DNA of 64,000 nt from Acidobacteriaceae bacterium (GTDB taxonomy: Bacteria; Acidobacteriota; Terriglobia; Terriglobales; Acidobacteriaceae), in assembly GCA_027323885.1 (NCBI GenBank), contig DAHVZT010000118.1:2333-66332 (forward strand), written 5' to 3'. A program made the translations under genes and the position numbers. Shown one piece after another: positions 18,362 to 27,991 of this stretch. Every line of letters begins with the position of its first letter. The first letter of the stretch is position 1. The notes beneath the pieces are model-generated. The model did no database searches, had not been told where the DNA came from, and worked only from the letters and a program-made list of their open reading frames with translations.

Positions 18362-19303
18362 ATGCGCCTGGTATTTTGCGGAACTCCGGCGTTCGCGGTG
18401 CCCGTTTTGGAAGCGTTGCTCGGCTCCAGCCATACCGTCGAGCTTGTGATTTCGCAGCCGGACCGGCCCAGTGGACGAAAGCTCGAGGTGCAGCCCGGAG
18501 CGGTCAAGCAGGTCGCGCAAAGCAAAGGTCTGGCGATCACGCAACCGGAAAAGATTCGAACCAATCAGGCTCTCCAGCGGCAACTTGAAGCAATCGCTCC
18601 GGATGCAATCGTTGTTGTAGCTTACGGCAGGCTGATTCCTCCATGGATGCTGGAGTTGCCGCCCCACGGCAACCTGAATCTCCATGCCTCGCTGCTGCCG
18701 AAGTATCGCGGAGCCGCACCAATCCAATGGGCCATCGCCAACGGAGAAAAAGAAACGGGCGTCACGACGATGCGAATCGATGCTGGTCTGGACACGGGGG
18801 ACATTTTGATGCAGGAGAGATGGCCTATCTTGCCGGACCAGACCGCGCCCCAGATTGCTGCGGATCTGGCTAAGATCGGGGCGAAGTTAATGCTCGAGAC
18901 GCTCCACGGATTGGAGGCAGGAACGTTGCAGCCCCGGCCCCAGCCACACGAGCTCGCATCGCTTGCCCCCATACTGCAACGAGAGGATGGCCGAATCGAT
19001 TTTACGCAGACGGCGGATCGAATCTATGACCGGTGGCGGGGTTTCCAGCCATGGCCCGGCGCGTTTTGCTATTTGCGCGGCAAAAAGCTGACGGTGCACG
19101 CCATGCAGGTGCCGCAAACTTCTTCACATTCCGGAGATCCTCTCCCAGGCACGATCCTGCGTGAGGGAGACCATCTGTTCGTCACCTCTGGAAATGGCAC
19201 ATCGATCCGGATTCTTGAGCTGCAGATGGAAGGAAAACGCCGTATGCCCGTCAGCACGTTTCTGAACGGGTTTGCCTTTCTGCCGGGTGAGCGGCTGGAG
19301 TAG
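18362..19303 (+). CDS. fmt: Methionyl-tRNA formyltransferase
   Basis: 313 aa with MRLVFCGTPAFAVPVLEAL and HASLLPKYRGAAPIQWAI. It sits in the conserved def-fmt position. Confidence 0.95.
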   Translation: MRLVFCGTPAFAVPVLEALLGSSHTVELVISQPDRPSGRKLEVQPGAVKQVAQSKGLAITQPEKIRTNQALQRQLEAIAPDAIVVVAYGRLIPPWMLELPPHGNLNLHASLLPKYRGAAPIQWAIANGEKETGVTTMRIDAGLDTGDILMQERWPILPDQTAPQIAADLAKIGAKLMLETLHGLEAGTLQPRPQPHELASLAPILQREDGRIDFTQTADRIYDRWRGFQPWPGAFCYLRGKKLTVHAMQVPQTSSHSGDPLPGTILREGDHLFVTSGNGTSIRILELQMEGKRRMPVSTFLNGFAFLPGERLE

Positions 19304-19309
19304 GACGCC

Positions 19310-20644
19310 ATGCCAGCAAACATTGCGCCCGCGCGTCAGGCGGCGTTCGACATTCTTCGTAAAATAGGCCTTCAGCATGGCAACAGCGACGCTCTGCTGC
19401 ATTCCCATTCGGTGGACCGGTTGTCGCAGCAGGACCGCAATCTATGCACCACGTTGGTGCTGGGGACGCTGCGCTGGCAGCGAGTGCTCGACATCGAGTT
19501 TCGCCGCTTTCTCTCGCGCCCCGGTCTAACTTTGGCGGCGGATTCCATCCTGGCGCTGCGGCTCGGCACCTACCAGTTGCTTTTTCTGGACCGTATTCCG
19601 CCCCATGCGGCCATCTTCGAGTCCGTGGAATGGGCCAAGCAGTCGGAGGGCGCGCGCCAGTCTGGCCTGGTCAACGCCGTACTGCGAAAAGTTGCCGCGC
19701 TGCCAAAATTGCGCAGCTATGACGCCGAGCTTGCATACCCGGATTGGATGGTCGCCCGTTGGCGGAATTGTTATGGGGCCGAGACCTGCCGCCGCATCTG
19801 CGAGGAAGGACAGCAGGAGCCCCGCGCTGCACTGCGCTTGTTGGATATCGAGAACGAGGAACGAGATCTCCCCGCAGGCGCGACGCTGGAGCCGGGGAAT
19901 TTCCTGGCCAAAGCGCGCCTCCTGCCGAGCGGATCCGCTGCGTACGCCCCATCGTCGGGCAGCATTCAATTTCAGGACGAAGGATCTCAGCTGATTGCGG
20001 AACTGGCCGGCACTGGTCATCGGATTCTGGATTGCTGCGCAGCTCCAGGCGGCAAAACGGCGATCCTGCGCCAGAACAATCCTGATGCGGAACTGCTGGC
20101 CTGCGACATTCATCCGAAGCGATTGGCGACCATGAAGGCGAGATTGGCGGGATTGTCGAACACGCACCCTATCGAGTTTCGGGTCGTGGATGCGTCCAGG
20201 CTGGCCAATGTCGGACTGTTCGATAGGATTTTGTGCGATGCGCCCTGCACAGGAACTGGAACGCTGGCGCGCAATCCGGAGATTCGCCACCGTCTGCAGC
20301 CGGAGGAAATTGAGCGGCAGGCCGCGAGGCAACGGGACATTCTAGCTTCCGCGCTACGGCTGCTCGCCCCCGGAGGACGGCTCCTGTACGCCACGTGTTC
20401 CCTGGAGCCGGAGGAGAACGAGCAAGTTGTCGAATATTGCCTCCAGGCCGCGGGGAACTCCGCGAGGAAGTTTCGCAAGGTTGATCTTCGAGAGACGTTC
20501 GATGAGTTGGCTGCGCAAGGAACAATTCGCGGAGAGGCCGTTTCCATGCTGCGCGCAAACGGTTTCCGCAATGGATATCTGCGGACCGTTCCGGGAGTGC
20601 ATCCCTGCGACGGTTTTTTCGCCGCGATGATCGAGCGCGATTGA
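19310..20644 (+). CDS. rsmB: 16S rRNA (cytosine-C5)-methyltransferase RsmB/Sun
   Basis: A NusB-like N-domain is followed by a SAM methyltransferase domain (ILDCCAAPGGKT, DRILCDAPCTGTGTLARNPE, YATCSLEPEENE). This matches the conserved def-fmt-rsmB order. Confidence 0.9.
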   Translation: MPANIAPARQAAFDILRKIGLQHGNSDALLHSHSVDRLSQQDRNLCTTLVLGTLRWQRVLDIEFRRFLSRPGLTLAADSILALRLGTYQLLFLDRIPPHAAIFESVEWAKQSEGARQSGLVNAVLRKVAALPKLRSYDAELAYPDWMVARWRNCYGAETCRRICEEGQQEPRAALRLLDIENEERDLPAGATLEPGNFLAKARLLPSGSAAYAPSSGSIQFQDEGSQLIAELAGTGHRILDCCAAPGGKTAILRQNNPDAELLACDIHPKRLATMKARLAGLSNTHPIEFRVVDASRLANVGLFDRILCDAPCTGTGTLARNPEIRHRLQPEEIERQAARQRDILASALRLLAPGGRLLYATCSLEPEENEQVVEYCLQAAGNSARKFRKVDLRETFDELAAQGTIRGEAVSMLRANGFRNGYLRTVPGVHPCDGFFAAMIERD

Positions 20645-20733
20645 GCTGGCTTTTTCGCAGAGGCTACCCTGTTTATCCTGGGCGAAGTCCGAGGATACAG
20701 AATGACAGGCCTTGTTTCCGATCGACCGCTTGC

Positions 20734-21570
20734 TCAGGCGACCTCATTGACCAGCGTCCCGATCGGCGCAATCGTAATCCGTATTTCGTCCTTGCTGCGG
20801 AGCGTGAACGAATCCTGTGGAATGATCCCTGTGCCTGTCAGCAGAAAGCATCCGCGCGGAAAGCTGTTGTCGCGAAACAGATATTCGACCAGCGTGGCAG
20901 GGTCGCGCTTCATGTCCGCCAGAGTCACAGAAGCCGCGAATTCCACCTTCGACCCACGTAGAATTTCGAGGCTGATCCTGGTGCTCGCTGGCAGCGGCCC
21001 TTGAGCGATCAAGATCCCCGGCCCCAGCGCGCAGCTTTGGTCGTAGACCTTCGCCTGCGGCAGATACAAAGGGTTCGCACCTTCGATGTCGCGCGAACTC
21101 ATGTCGTTGCCGATGGTGTATCCGATAATTTTTCCCTTTGGATTGACGCACAGGGCCAACTCCGGTTCCGGTACGGACCAGGATGCGTCGCGGCGGATTC
21201 TCACCTTTGCGTTGGGTCCGGCGACCCGGTGCGGCGTGGCTTTGAAAAACAATTCCGGGCGTTCGGCGGAATAGACGCGATCGTAGAAATCGCCTCCGCC
21301 CGCCTCTTTCGACTCCTCAATGCGCGCGCTGCGGCTCCGATAGTAGGTCACGCCCGCGGCCCAGACTTCCTGGCTCTCAATCGGTGCTGCCAGCGGGTAC
21401 GTCAATTTCTCGCCCAAAGGCTGCGACTTCCCGATTGTGCCCGTCAGGTGTTCGTATAGCTCGTCGCGCATCAGCAATGCGTCCCACGAGCCGTCCCCGA
21501 GTTGGTAGAATTCACCCGCCTCTTCCACATAGTTTCCCTGCATTGTTCGATAGATGATCACTCTCTTCAC
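20734..21570 (-). CDS. Fumarylacetoacetate hydrolase (FAH) family protein
   Basis: 278 aa with [38 protein letters not shown] and [12 protein letters not shown] blocks. The start is GTG 21570; an alternative is ATG 21543. Confidence 0.8.
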   Translation of the reverse strand: MKRVIIYRTMQGNYVEEAGEFYQLGDGSWDALLMRDELYEHLTGTIGKSQPLGEKLTYPLAAPIESQEVWAAGVTYYRSRSARIEESKEAGGGDFYDRVYSAERPELFFKATPHRVAGPNAKVRIRRDASWSVPEPELALCVNPKGKIIGYTIGNDMSSRDIEGANPLYLPQAKVYDQSCALGPGILIAQGPLPASTRISLEILRGSKVEFAASVTLADMKRDPATLVEYLFRDNSFPRGCFLLTGTGIIPQDSFTLRSKDEIRITIAPIGTLVNEVA

Positions 21571-21622
21571 GTCCTTTCAATTTGGCGTCCTGAGTGGAGA
21601 ATTGAGAACCGTCCGCAAACGT

Positions 21623-22444
21623 TCACGGTTGCACGGTGAGATGGATCGTGGCCCCTGCAAGAATGCGCTCGCCCGGCACCGGGCTCTGCGCGATCACCGT
21701 TCCGGATCGCGTCGGACTCCCCGCGCTGGTTGTGGCACTCGCCGGAGAAGCGGCTGCGTTGCTGACGGCCGAGGATGCCGGGGCGACGGCTGAAGACACA
21801 CCTCCTGATGCTACCGGGGCTTCCACGGATGTGGTCTGCAGCGGAGCCAGCTTGAATCCAGCATGTACCACGGCCAGGGCCGCATCCGTAAAGCTTTCCC
21901 CGGTCAGGTCTGGCATGATGCTGGCGTTTTCCGCTGGAGCTGCCGGTTGGGCAGTCAGAAGGCTGATCCTGGGCCCCTGCACGCCGAGCGCATTCGCCAT
22001 GGGTGTCTGCGCGATGACAGTATTCTGCGGCGCATACGGATAGGGTATGCCGAACGTATCTCCCACCTGCAAGCCGGTGCGCCGGATGGTGATTGTTGCG
22101 ATTCCCTCATCCATTCCATCCACGTTGGGGACGGCGATTTTTTGCGGTCCCAGGCTTTCCGTCACCCGCACGCGCCAGGATTTGCGTACCAGGGTTCCCG
22201 GTGCTGGGCTCTGCGTGAGGATGGTTCCGGCAGGTTTGACTGAACTGTAGAAATGGCCGTCAATGCCAATCTGCAGTCCGGCTGCATGGAGCTGGTGGAC
22301 CGCTTGCGCCATTGTGAGACCGGAGAGCGCGGGCACGCGCACTTCTGTTCCGTGGATGGCAAGCCGCATTGTGATCAGCGCGGAAACCAGCGCGATTGCA
22401 ACCAGAGAAAGTACCGCCGAAATTGCGCGAAACAGTTGCCGCAT
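21623..22444 (-). CDS. Membrane-anchored protein made only of three PASTA repeats
   Basis: An N-terminal TM helix (AISAVLSLVAIALVSALITM) is followed by three repeats of the PASTA pattern. They begin VRVPALSGLTMAQAVHQLHAAGLQIG, IAVPNVDGMDEGIATITIRRTGLQVG and IMPDLTGESFTDAALAVVHAGFKL. No kinase or transpeptidase domain is present. Confidence 0.75.
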   Translation of the reverse strand: MRQLFRAISAVLSLVAIALVSALITMRLAIHGTEVRVPALSGLTMAQAVHQLHAAGLQIGIDGHFYSSVKPAGTILTQSPAPGTLVRKSWRVRVTESLGPQKIAVPNVDGMDEGIATITIRRTGLQVGDTFGIPYPYAPQNTVIAQTPMANALGVQGPRISLLTAQPAAPAENASIMPDLTGESFTDAALAVVHAGFKLAPLQTTSVEAPVASGGVSSAVAPASSAVSNAAASPASATTSAGSPTRSGTVIAQSPVPGERILAGATIHLTVQP

Positions 22445-22466
22445 GAGAGTTTCCGCTCGCGGTCTT

Positions 22467-22868
22467 TCAGCCGGAATATTCGATCGAGTAGTCGATGGCG
22501 GCCGTATGGGTCAGCATGGCAGCCACAGAGCAATATTTGGTTTCCGACAGGTGGACGGCATCCTCCATGGCTTTGTGCGACACCGCTCCGGTTACGTGGT
22601 AAACAAGCTTGATGCGTGTGAAAACTTTAGGGGGCTCAGCCGCCTGTTCCGCCTCGGCTGACACCGTCAAACCGGTGAACGGTTCCCGTTTCTTCCGCAG
22701 GATGGAGACGACATCGATCGCGGTGCAGCCGCACAACGCCATCAGCACAACTTCCATTGGGCTGGCGCCATGCTGGTGCGCCGCATCTCCATCCAGCGAA
22801 ATTGCATGATTGCTGTGGGACAGACCGTCAAAAACCATCTCATTCTTCCAGGCGACTTTAGCACGCAT
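22467..22868 (-). CDS. OsmC/Ohr-fold protein
   Basis: 133 aa with paired cysteines in the typical contexts (LMALCGCTAIDV and TKYCSVAAML). Confidence 0.85.
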   Translation of the reverse strand: MRAKVAWKNEMVFDGLSHSNHAISLDGDAAHQHGASPMEVVLMALCGCTAIDVVSILRKKREPFTGLTVSAEAEQAAEPPKVFTRIKLVYHVTGAVSHKAMEDAVHLSETKYCSVAAMLTHTAAIDYSIEYSG

Positions 22869-22912
22869 CGTAACCGCTCCTTTTTTGAGAGATCATCCAT
22901 CAAGTTCAAAGA

Positions 22913-24346
22913 TCAACGCCGATTGTCCGTTGCCGGTTCCGGATGGATGAAAACCCGCGCCACCTGCGGCATCTCGGATTTCACCCGGTCCTCCAGCGCG
23001 GTAATCAGCGCATGTACTTCGGCCATACTTCGATCGTCCGGCAGTGTGCAGTGGCAGGATATTTGCATCCGCTCGCGGGCATTGGAGACGACGACCTCGT
23101 GTACATCCAGAATATCGGGAAACTCCCGCGCAATCTCGCGAAGCTTCGTCTCCAGCGCCGCATCTTCACTGCGCCGCGCCTCCACCTCAATGGAACTGCG
23201 CTCACTTTCAATGTGGGTAAGGATCGTATCGATCTCGGGGACTTCAGCCCGGGTCTCAGTCTCGATGGCAGTCACCAGCGCATGCGCTTCCCGCAGGGTG
23301 AGAGATTCGGGGACCTCCAGGTGCTGTTCCAGGTGCAGTTTTGCGTTGGAATGCTGCACGCTCAGATCATGGACAGATAAATTATGGCGTGAGGCGACTG
23401 CCCGAACTCGATCGAAGATGCTCTCCGATCTCTGCGCCCGGGGCACGACATTGACCACGACATCGGCATCGGGAAGTATCCGGTGAACCGCATTGGAAAC
23501 CTGTTCCTTGATTCGCTCAATGCTTTGAAAGCTTAGATTGCGCGGCATTCCGACTGTGAGGTCGGCAAAGTAATGGTTCCCAGAGAGCCGCAGCCGCACA
23601 CGCTCGATGCCCAGGACGTTCGGCAGCCGCCGTACGGATTCCGCGACGCGGCGGCGAGTCTCAATCGGGGCGGCATCGGTCAGAACATCCACGGTTTGCC
23701 GCGCCAGCTTCCAGCAAACCTTGAAAATGATCATCGAAACCACCAGCGCGGCCAGCGGATCGCCGAATCGAAGCCATGCCAGGTGCCAACGTTGCGCGGC
23801 GAAGCCTGCGAGAAGACCGCCAATCACCGCAAGGCTCGACCATATATCCATGCTGAAGTGGAGCGCGTCCGCTTCCAGGGCCTGACTGTGGGTCTGCCGG
23901 GCCACCCGTCCCAGCGCGCGGGATCGCATCAGGTCCACTGCCATGGAGAGCAGCAGCACGGCAAACGGCCAGATCGATAGCTTCAGCAGGACGGCATGAC
24001 CGAGGATGCGCTCGGCCGCCTCCGTCAGAATCCACAGGACGGAGGCGATCATCAGCAGGGTTTCTGTGAAGGCGGCGAGGTTCTCAACCTTTCCGTGTCC
24101 ATAGGCGTGGGTGTCGTCCGCAGGCCGGTCGGAGACGGAAACGGAGGCAAGAATAAGGATGGAAGCGACCAGATCGAGCCCGGAGTGGACCGCCTCCGAC
24201 AGGACGCCAATGCTGCCTGTCTGCAGCCCGGTCCAGAGCTTCAGGGCCACCATCATACTGGCTGCCAGCACGGAAATTGTGGCCGCCTGTTTCTTCGCCG
24301 AAGCGTCCAAAGCGACGCGGGAAGCAATGTAGTTGGAACGCGCCAT
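22913..24346 (-). CDS. Cation diffusion facilitator (CDF) transporter with three tandem C-terminal cytoplasmic domains
   Basis: The six-helix TMD carries HxxxD sites (AVHSGLD, ALHFSMD). It is followed by three ~80-aa repeats of the CDF CTD pattern: ...VLGIERVRLRLSGNHYFADLTV..., ...LSVHDLSVQHSNAKLHLEQHLEV..., ...ILDVHEVVVSNARERMQISCHCTL...FIHPEP. Confidence 0.85.
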   Translation of the reverse strand: MARSNYIASRVALDASAKKQAATISVLAASMMVALKLWTGLQTGSIGVLSEAVHSGLDLVASILILASVSVSDRPADDTHAYGHGKVENLAAFTETLLMIASVLWILTEAAERILGHAVLLKLSIWPFAVLLLSMAVDLMRSRALGRVARQTHSQALEADALHFSMDIWSSLAVIGGLLAGFAAQRWHLAWLRFGDPLAALVVSMIIFKVCWKLARQTVDVLTDAAPIETRRRVAESVRRLPNVLGIERVRLRLSGNHYFADLTVGMPRNLSFQSIERIKEQVSNAVHRILPDADVVVNVVPRAQRSESIFDRVRAVASRHNLSVHDLSVQHSNAKLHLEQHLEVPESLTLREAHALVTAIETETRAEVPEIDTILTHIESERSSIEVEARRSEDAALETKLREIAREFPDILDVHEVVVSNARERMQISCHCTLPDDRSMAEVHALITALEDRVKSEMPQVARVFIHPEPATDNRR

Positions 24347-24401
24347 AATTATCGAGCAGTGTGCTTCGTCATCCTTGCAGCTGTGTTTCCGGGGTGGATG
24401 C

Positions 24402-25160
24402 CTATGTTTTCACAGCGCGGTAGAGTCCCGCAATACCAAAGGTGTAGGGTGTCCAGCTCGCGTTGGAAAAACCGCAGTCCGTCATCATCCTCAGCATTTC
24501 TGAAGGCGAGGGGAAGCGATGGACCGACCGCGGCAGATATTCGTAGGGACTTGACGATCCCGAGATGGCCCGGCCAATCCGGGGCAGAATGCGGGAAAAA
24601 TAGAATCGATACATGGCGCCCAGAGCGCCATCGGGCTCGCTGAAATCGAGAATGCCGATTTCTCCCCCCACGCGCAGGACGCGGCGCATCTCGCACAGGC
24701 CAGCTTGATAGTTGGCCAGGTTTCGGAATCCGAACGCGCTGGTGATCAGGTCCACCGTGGCGTCGGCGACGGGCATTTGCAGCGCGTCCGCTTCAATTGC
24801 AATCGCCTTGTGCGAGGGCAGCTTCTGTTTTCCGCGCACCAGCATCGCGTGCGCGAAGTCGAGAGCGATTACTGGCCGCCCATTCGCCGGACGGTGTCTC
24901 AGAAGCGCGAGCGTCATGTCGCCCGTTCCGCAGCACATGTCCAGAACGGTCGCTTCGGGACGGAGCAGTACGGCCCGGAATTCCCGTGCCGCTCGCCGCC
25001 ACCAGAGCCGGTCGATGTTGGCCGACAATACGTGGTTCAGCAAGTCATAGCGTGGCGCAATGGAGTTGAACATCGTCTGTACGGCCTGGCTTGCGCTTTG
25101 CTCATCCAGAATCGCCGCGGCTCGATCGACGGGCTCGGCCCCTTTTGCGAAGTTACTCAC
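24402..25160 (-). CDS. ubiE: Demethylmenaquinone/ubiquinone C-methyltransferase
   Basis: The start is set at GTG 25160, which overlaps the aroB TGA (GTGA). It has MFNSIAPRYDLLNHVLSANIDRLWWRR and the SAM motif VLDMCCGTGDMT. There is no ATG between the ORF-track start and this block. Confidence 0.85.
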   Translation of the reverse strand: MSNFAKGAEPVDRAAAILDEQSASQAVQTMFNSIAPRYDLLNHVLSANIDRLWWRRAAREFRAVLLRPEATVLDMCCGTGDMTLALLRHRPANGRPVIALDFAHAMLVRGKQKLPSHKAIAIEADALQMPVADATVDLITSAFGFRNLANYQAGLCEMRRVLRVGGEIGILDFSEPDGALGAMYRFYFSRILPRIGRAISGSSSPYEYLPRSVHRFPSPSEMLRMMTDCGFSNASWTPYTFGIAGLYRAVKT

Positions 25161-26263
25161 ACACCACGCTCCCCAGCCAGCCGCAGCATGGACTGGATCG
25201 CGGCCAGCAGTTCGGGTGGAGTCACATCTTCTACGACGACAGCGCGGCCGATGGTGACGGGCAGCACAAAACGCTGCGACTTTTGCAGATGTTTTTTGTC
25301 CGCGGCCGTGCGATCCAGCAATGCTTTTGCCGATGCGCGAAATTTGGGAAACGGCCCCAGGCGAAAGAGCAGATCCTCGATCCGCTTCGCCTCGGAAGGG
25401 GGGAGCACCGACCGCTCCACGGACAGCGAAACGGCTGCCAGGATGCCCCACGCGATGGCCTCGCCATGCAGCAGACTGCGATATCCGGTGACAGCCTCAA
25501 TGGCGTGGCCCACAGTATGGCCCAGATTCAGCAACATGCGAGGGCCGGACTCGTGCTCGTCGGCTGCAACGATTTCCGCTTTGATTTTGACCGACCGCTG
25601 GATTGACTCGGTAAGCAGTTTCTCTTCGCCTTTCAGCAGTTGGTCCAGGTTCTTCTCCAGCCACCGAAAGTAGGTAGCGTCGGCCAGCGCGGCGGCTTTC
25701 ACGGTTTCGACCAGCCCGGCGCGCAGTTCGCGGCTGGGCAGCGTGGAGAGAATCGCTGGATCGCAAAATACCGCGACGGGATGGTGGAAGCTGCCGATCA
25801 GGTTCTTACCGGTGCGAAGGTTTACGCCGGTCTTGCCGCCAACGGAGGAGTCTATCTGCGCAAGGTAAGTTGTCGGAACCTGAATGTAACGAACTCCGCG
25901 CATGTAAATCGCTGCCAGAAAGCCCGTCATGTCGCCGATGACACCACCGCCGAAAGCCACCAGCAGCGTATCGCGCCTGGCACCGGCACGGCTAAGCTCT
26001 TCTGCCAGCCGCTCGACCGTGCTCAGGCGCTTGTGCCTCTCACCGGGCGGAACAAACAGCGGATGCACATCGAGTTTTTGTTTCTGGAACGAGGCAAGAA
26101 AGGTCTCCTTCCAAAGCTCCCAGATTTCCGGTGAGGTCACCACGAAAACAGAAGACGTTTTTCCGTAGCTGAGCTGGATCTGACCGGCAAGATTGCCAAG
26201 CAGGTTTGGCTGAATATGGACCGGATACTCTGCCGAATTCGTTTTTACCCATACGGAGCGCAT
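25157..26263 (-). CDS. aroB: 3-dehydroquinate synthase
   Basis: GGGVIGDMTGFLAAIYMRGVRYIQVPTTYLAQIDSSVGGKTGVNL and HTVGHAIE blocks. The start is ATG 26263 (GTG at 26266). Confidence 0.93.
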   Translation of the reverse strand: MRSVWVKTNSAEYPVHIQPNLLGNLAGQIQLSYGKTSSVFVVTSPEIWELWKETFLASFQKQKLDVHPLFVPPGERHKRLSTVERLAEELSRAGARRDTLLVAFGGGVIGDMTGFLAAIYMRGVRYIQVPTTYLAQIDSSVGGKTGVNLRTGKNLIGSFHHPVAVFCDPAILSTLPSRELRAGLVETVKAAALADATYFRWLEKNLDQLLKGEEKLLTESIQRSVKIKAEIVAADEHESGPRMLLNLGHTVGHAIEAVTGYRSLLHGEAIAWGILAAVSLSVERSVLPPSEAKRIEDLLFRLGPFPKFRASAKALLDRTAADKKHLQKSQRFVLPVTIGRAVVVEDVTPPELLAAIQSMLRLAGERGV

Positions 26264-26317
26264 CACTGGTTTTCATCCTATCGCAGAGCTGGCCTCGATT
26301 CGAGGGACCGGGGTGCA

Positions 26318-27949
26318 ATGCGGCGAGAAACGCCACCCCAGCGTGCTACTCTCAAAATCGTGAACAGGGACAAGCTTCCTCATTGGATTGTTGTCGGTGC
26401 GGGAATTGCAGGATTGCGAGCGGCACTCACGTTGGCGGCCGGAGGAGAAGTCACGCTCATCACGAAAGAGGCTGCGTCCGAGTCGAACACCCATTACGCC
26501 CAGGGTGGAATAGCTGTGGCGATGGGTGGTCTGGAGGATGTCCATCTCCATGAACAGGACACAATCGCGGCTGGCGATGGCCTGGTATTTGAGCCCGCCG
26601 CACGCCTCCTTGTCGAAGAAGGTCCGGTCCGGGTTGCGGAACTGCTGGAATGGGGAACCAGGTTCGATCGCGACCACGGCGAGTTGATGCGCACCCGTGA
26701 AGGAGCGCATAGCCGGCCCCGCATTCTGCATGCAAACGGCGATGCCACAGGAAAGGAAATAGGCCGCGCACTTCTTGCGCGCGCCGCGAATGAGCCGCGC
26801 ATCCATCTTCACGAGCGGCTGACCACCAGTGAGCTGATCTTGAGGGATGGACGAGCCGTTGGCGTGATCGCCTTGGACGCGGAGGGTAACTCGATAGAAT
26901 TCTTTGGACGTGGCGTGCTGCTCGCCAGCGGCGGCGCGGGCCAGGTCTATAGCGAAACCACCAATCCGGCGGTCGCCACGGGCGATGGAATTGCGATGGC
27001 GTACCGCGCTGGCGCGGAAGTCGCCGACATGGAGTTTTACCAGTTCCACCCGACCGCGTTGAGCCTGCCCGGCGCACCACGGTTTCTGTTGTCTGAGGCG
27101 CTGCGTGGTGAGGGCGCGTATCTTCGCAATCACCGCGGCGAGCGCTTTATGGAGCGCTACCATCCGCTGCGAGAATTGGCGCCGCGGGACGTCGTGGCCC
27201 GCGCCATCACTCGGGAAGGTTTCTCGCAAAGGTCCGGGGAGTTGTTGCCGGTCTATCTCGATATGCGCCATGTGCAGGGAATCGATCTGCATCGGCGCTT
27301 TCCGGGAATCTCCAGTTTCCTGCGCAAATACGATCTGGAACTCTCCCGGGACCTCATTCCAGTGCGGCCCGCTGCGCATTACCTGATGGGGGGCGTACGG
27401 ACCGACCTCAGCGGCCGTACCTCGCTGCCCGGCCTCTATGCCGCCGGAGAAGTGGCTTGTACCGGCGTTCATGGCGCCAATCGTTTGGCGAGCAATTCCT
27501 TGCTGGAGGGTCTGGTGTTCGGCGCCAGGGCCGCCGAAAGCATGTTGGCGGAGACGCAAGCGCTGGCCGATATCGAGCAAGAAGCTGTCCGTCGAGCAGC
27601 TCCAGCGCACACCGGTTCAGAGCCCGGCGTCGCCGCGATGCGCGAAGAATTGCGGAACAGAATGTGGATGCATGCCGGTCTATTGCGGGATGGAGAGGGA
27701 CTGCAGGCGATGCAGTCGAAGCTGGAAGAATTGCGGCCCCGTGTACCCGCTGCAACATCGCGGGAAACTGCGGAGCTTCGCAATCTGCATACCGTTGCGG
27801 AGTTGATTACCGCCTCTGCGCTGGCTCGTAAGGAATCTCGTGGAGCTCACGCGCGCACGGATTTTCCGGAGCACAGTGCAGGCGTCGCGAAGCACTCCAC
27901 GATGTCGCACGGACAGGTTCGATTTGTCGATTTCAGTTCTGAATCCTGA
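26318..27949 (+). CDS. nadB: L-aspartate oxidase
   Basis: Internal ATG 26318. FAD fold: IVVGAGIAGLRAAL. Further blocks: HYAQGGIAVA, RFMERYHPLRELAPRDVVARAI and GLYAAGEVACTGVHGANRLASNSLLEG. Confidence 0.93.
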   Translation: MRRETPPQRATLKIVNRDKLPHWIVVGAGIAGLRAALTLAAGGEVTLITKEAASESNTHYAQGGIAVAMGGLEDVHLHEQDTIAAGDGLVFEPAARLLVEEGPVRVAELLEWGTRFDRDHGELMRTREGAHSRPRILHANGDATGKEIGRALLARAANEPRIHLHERLTTSELILRDGRAVGVIALDAEGNSIEFFGRGVLLASGGAGQVYSETTNPAVATGDGIAMAYRAGAEVADMEFYQFHPTALSLPGAPRFLLSEALRGEGAYLRNHRGERFMERYHPLRELAPRDVVARAITREGFSQRSGELLPVYLDMRHVQGIDLHRRFPGISSFLRKYDLELSRDLIPVRPAAHYLMGGVRTDLSGRTSLPGLYAAGEVACTGVHGANRLASNSLLEGLVFGARAAESMLAETQALADIEQEAVRRAAPAHTGSEPGVAAMREELRNRMWMHAGLLRDGEGLQAMQSKLEELRPRVPAATSRETAELRNLHTVAELITASALARKESRGAHARTDFPEHSAGVAKHSTMSHGQVRFVDFSSES

Positions 27950-27991
27950 CCGTCCTAGGTTTGCTGCAGCCCGGCAGAGGCCGTCGAGGGA

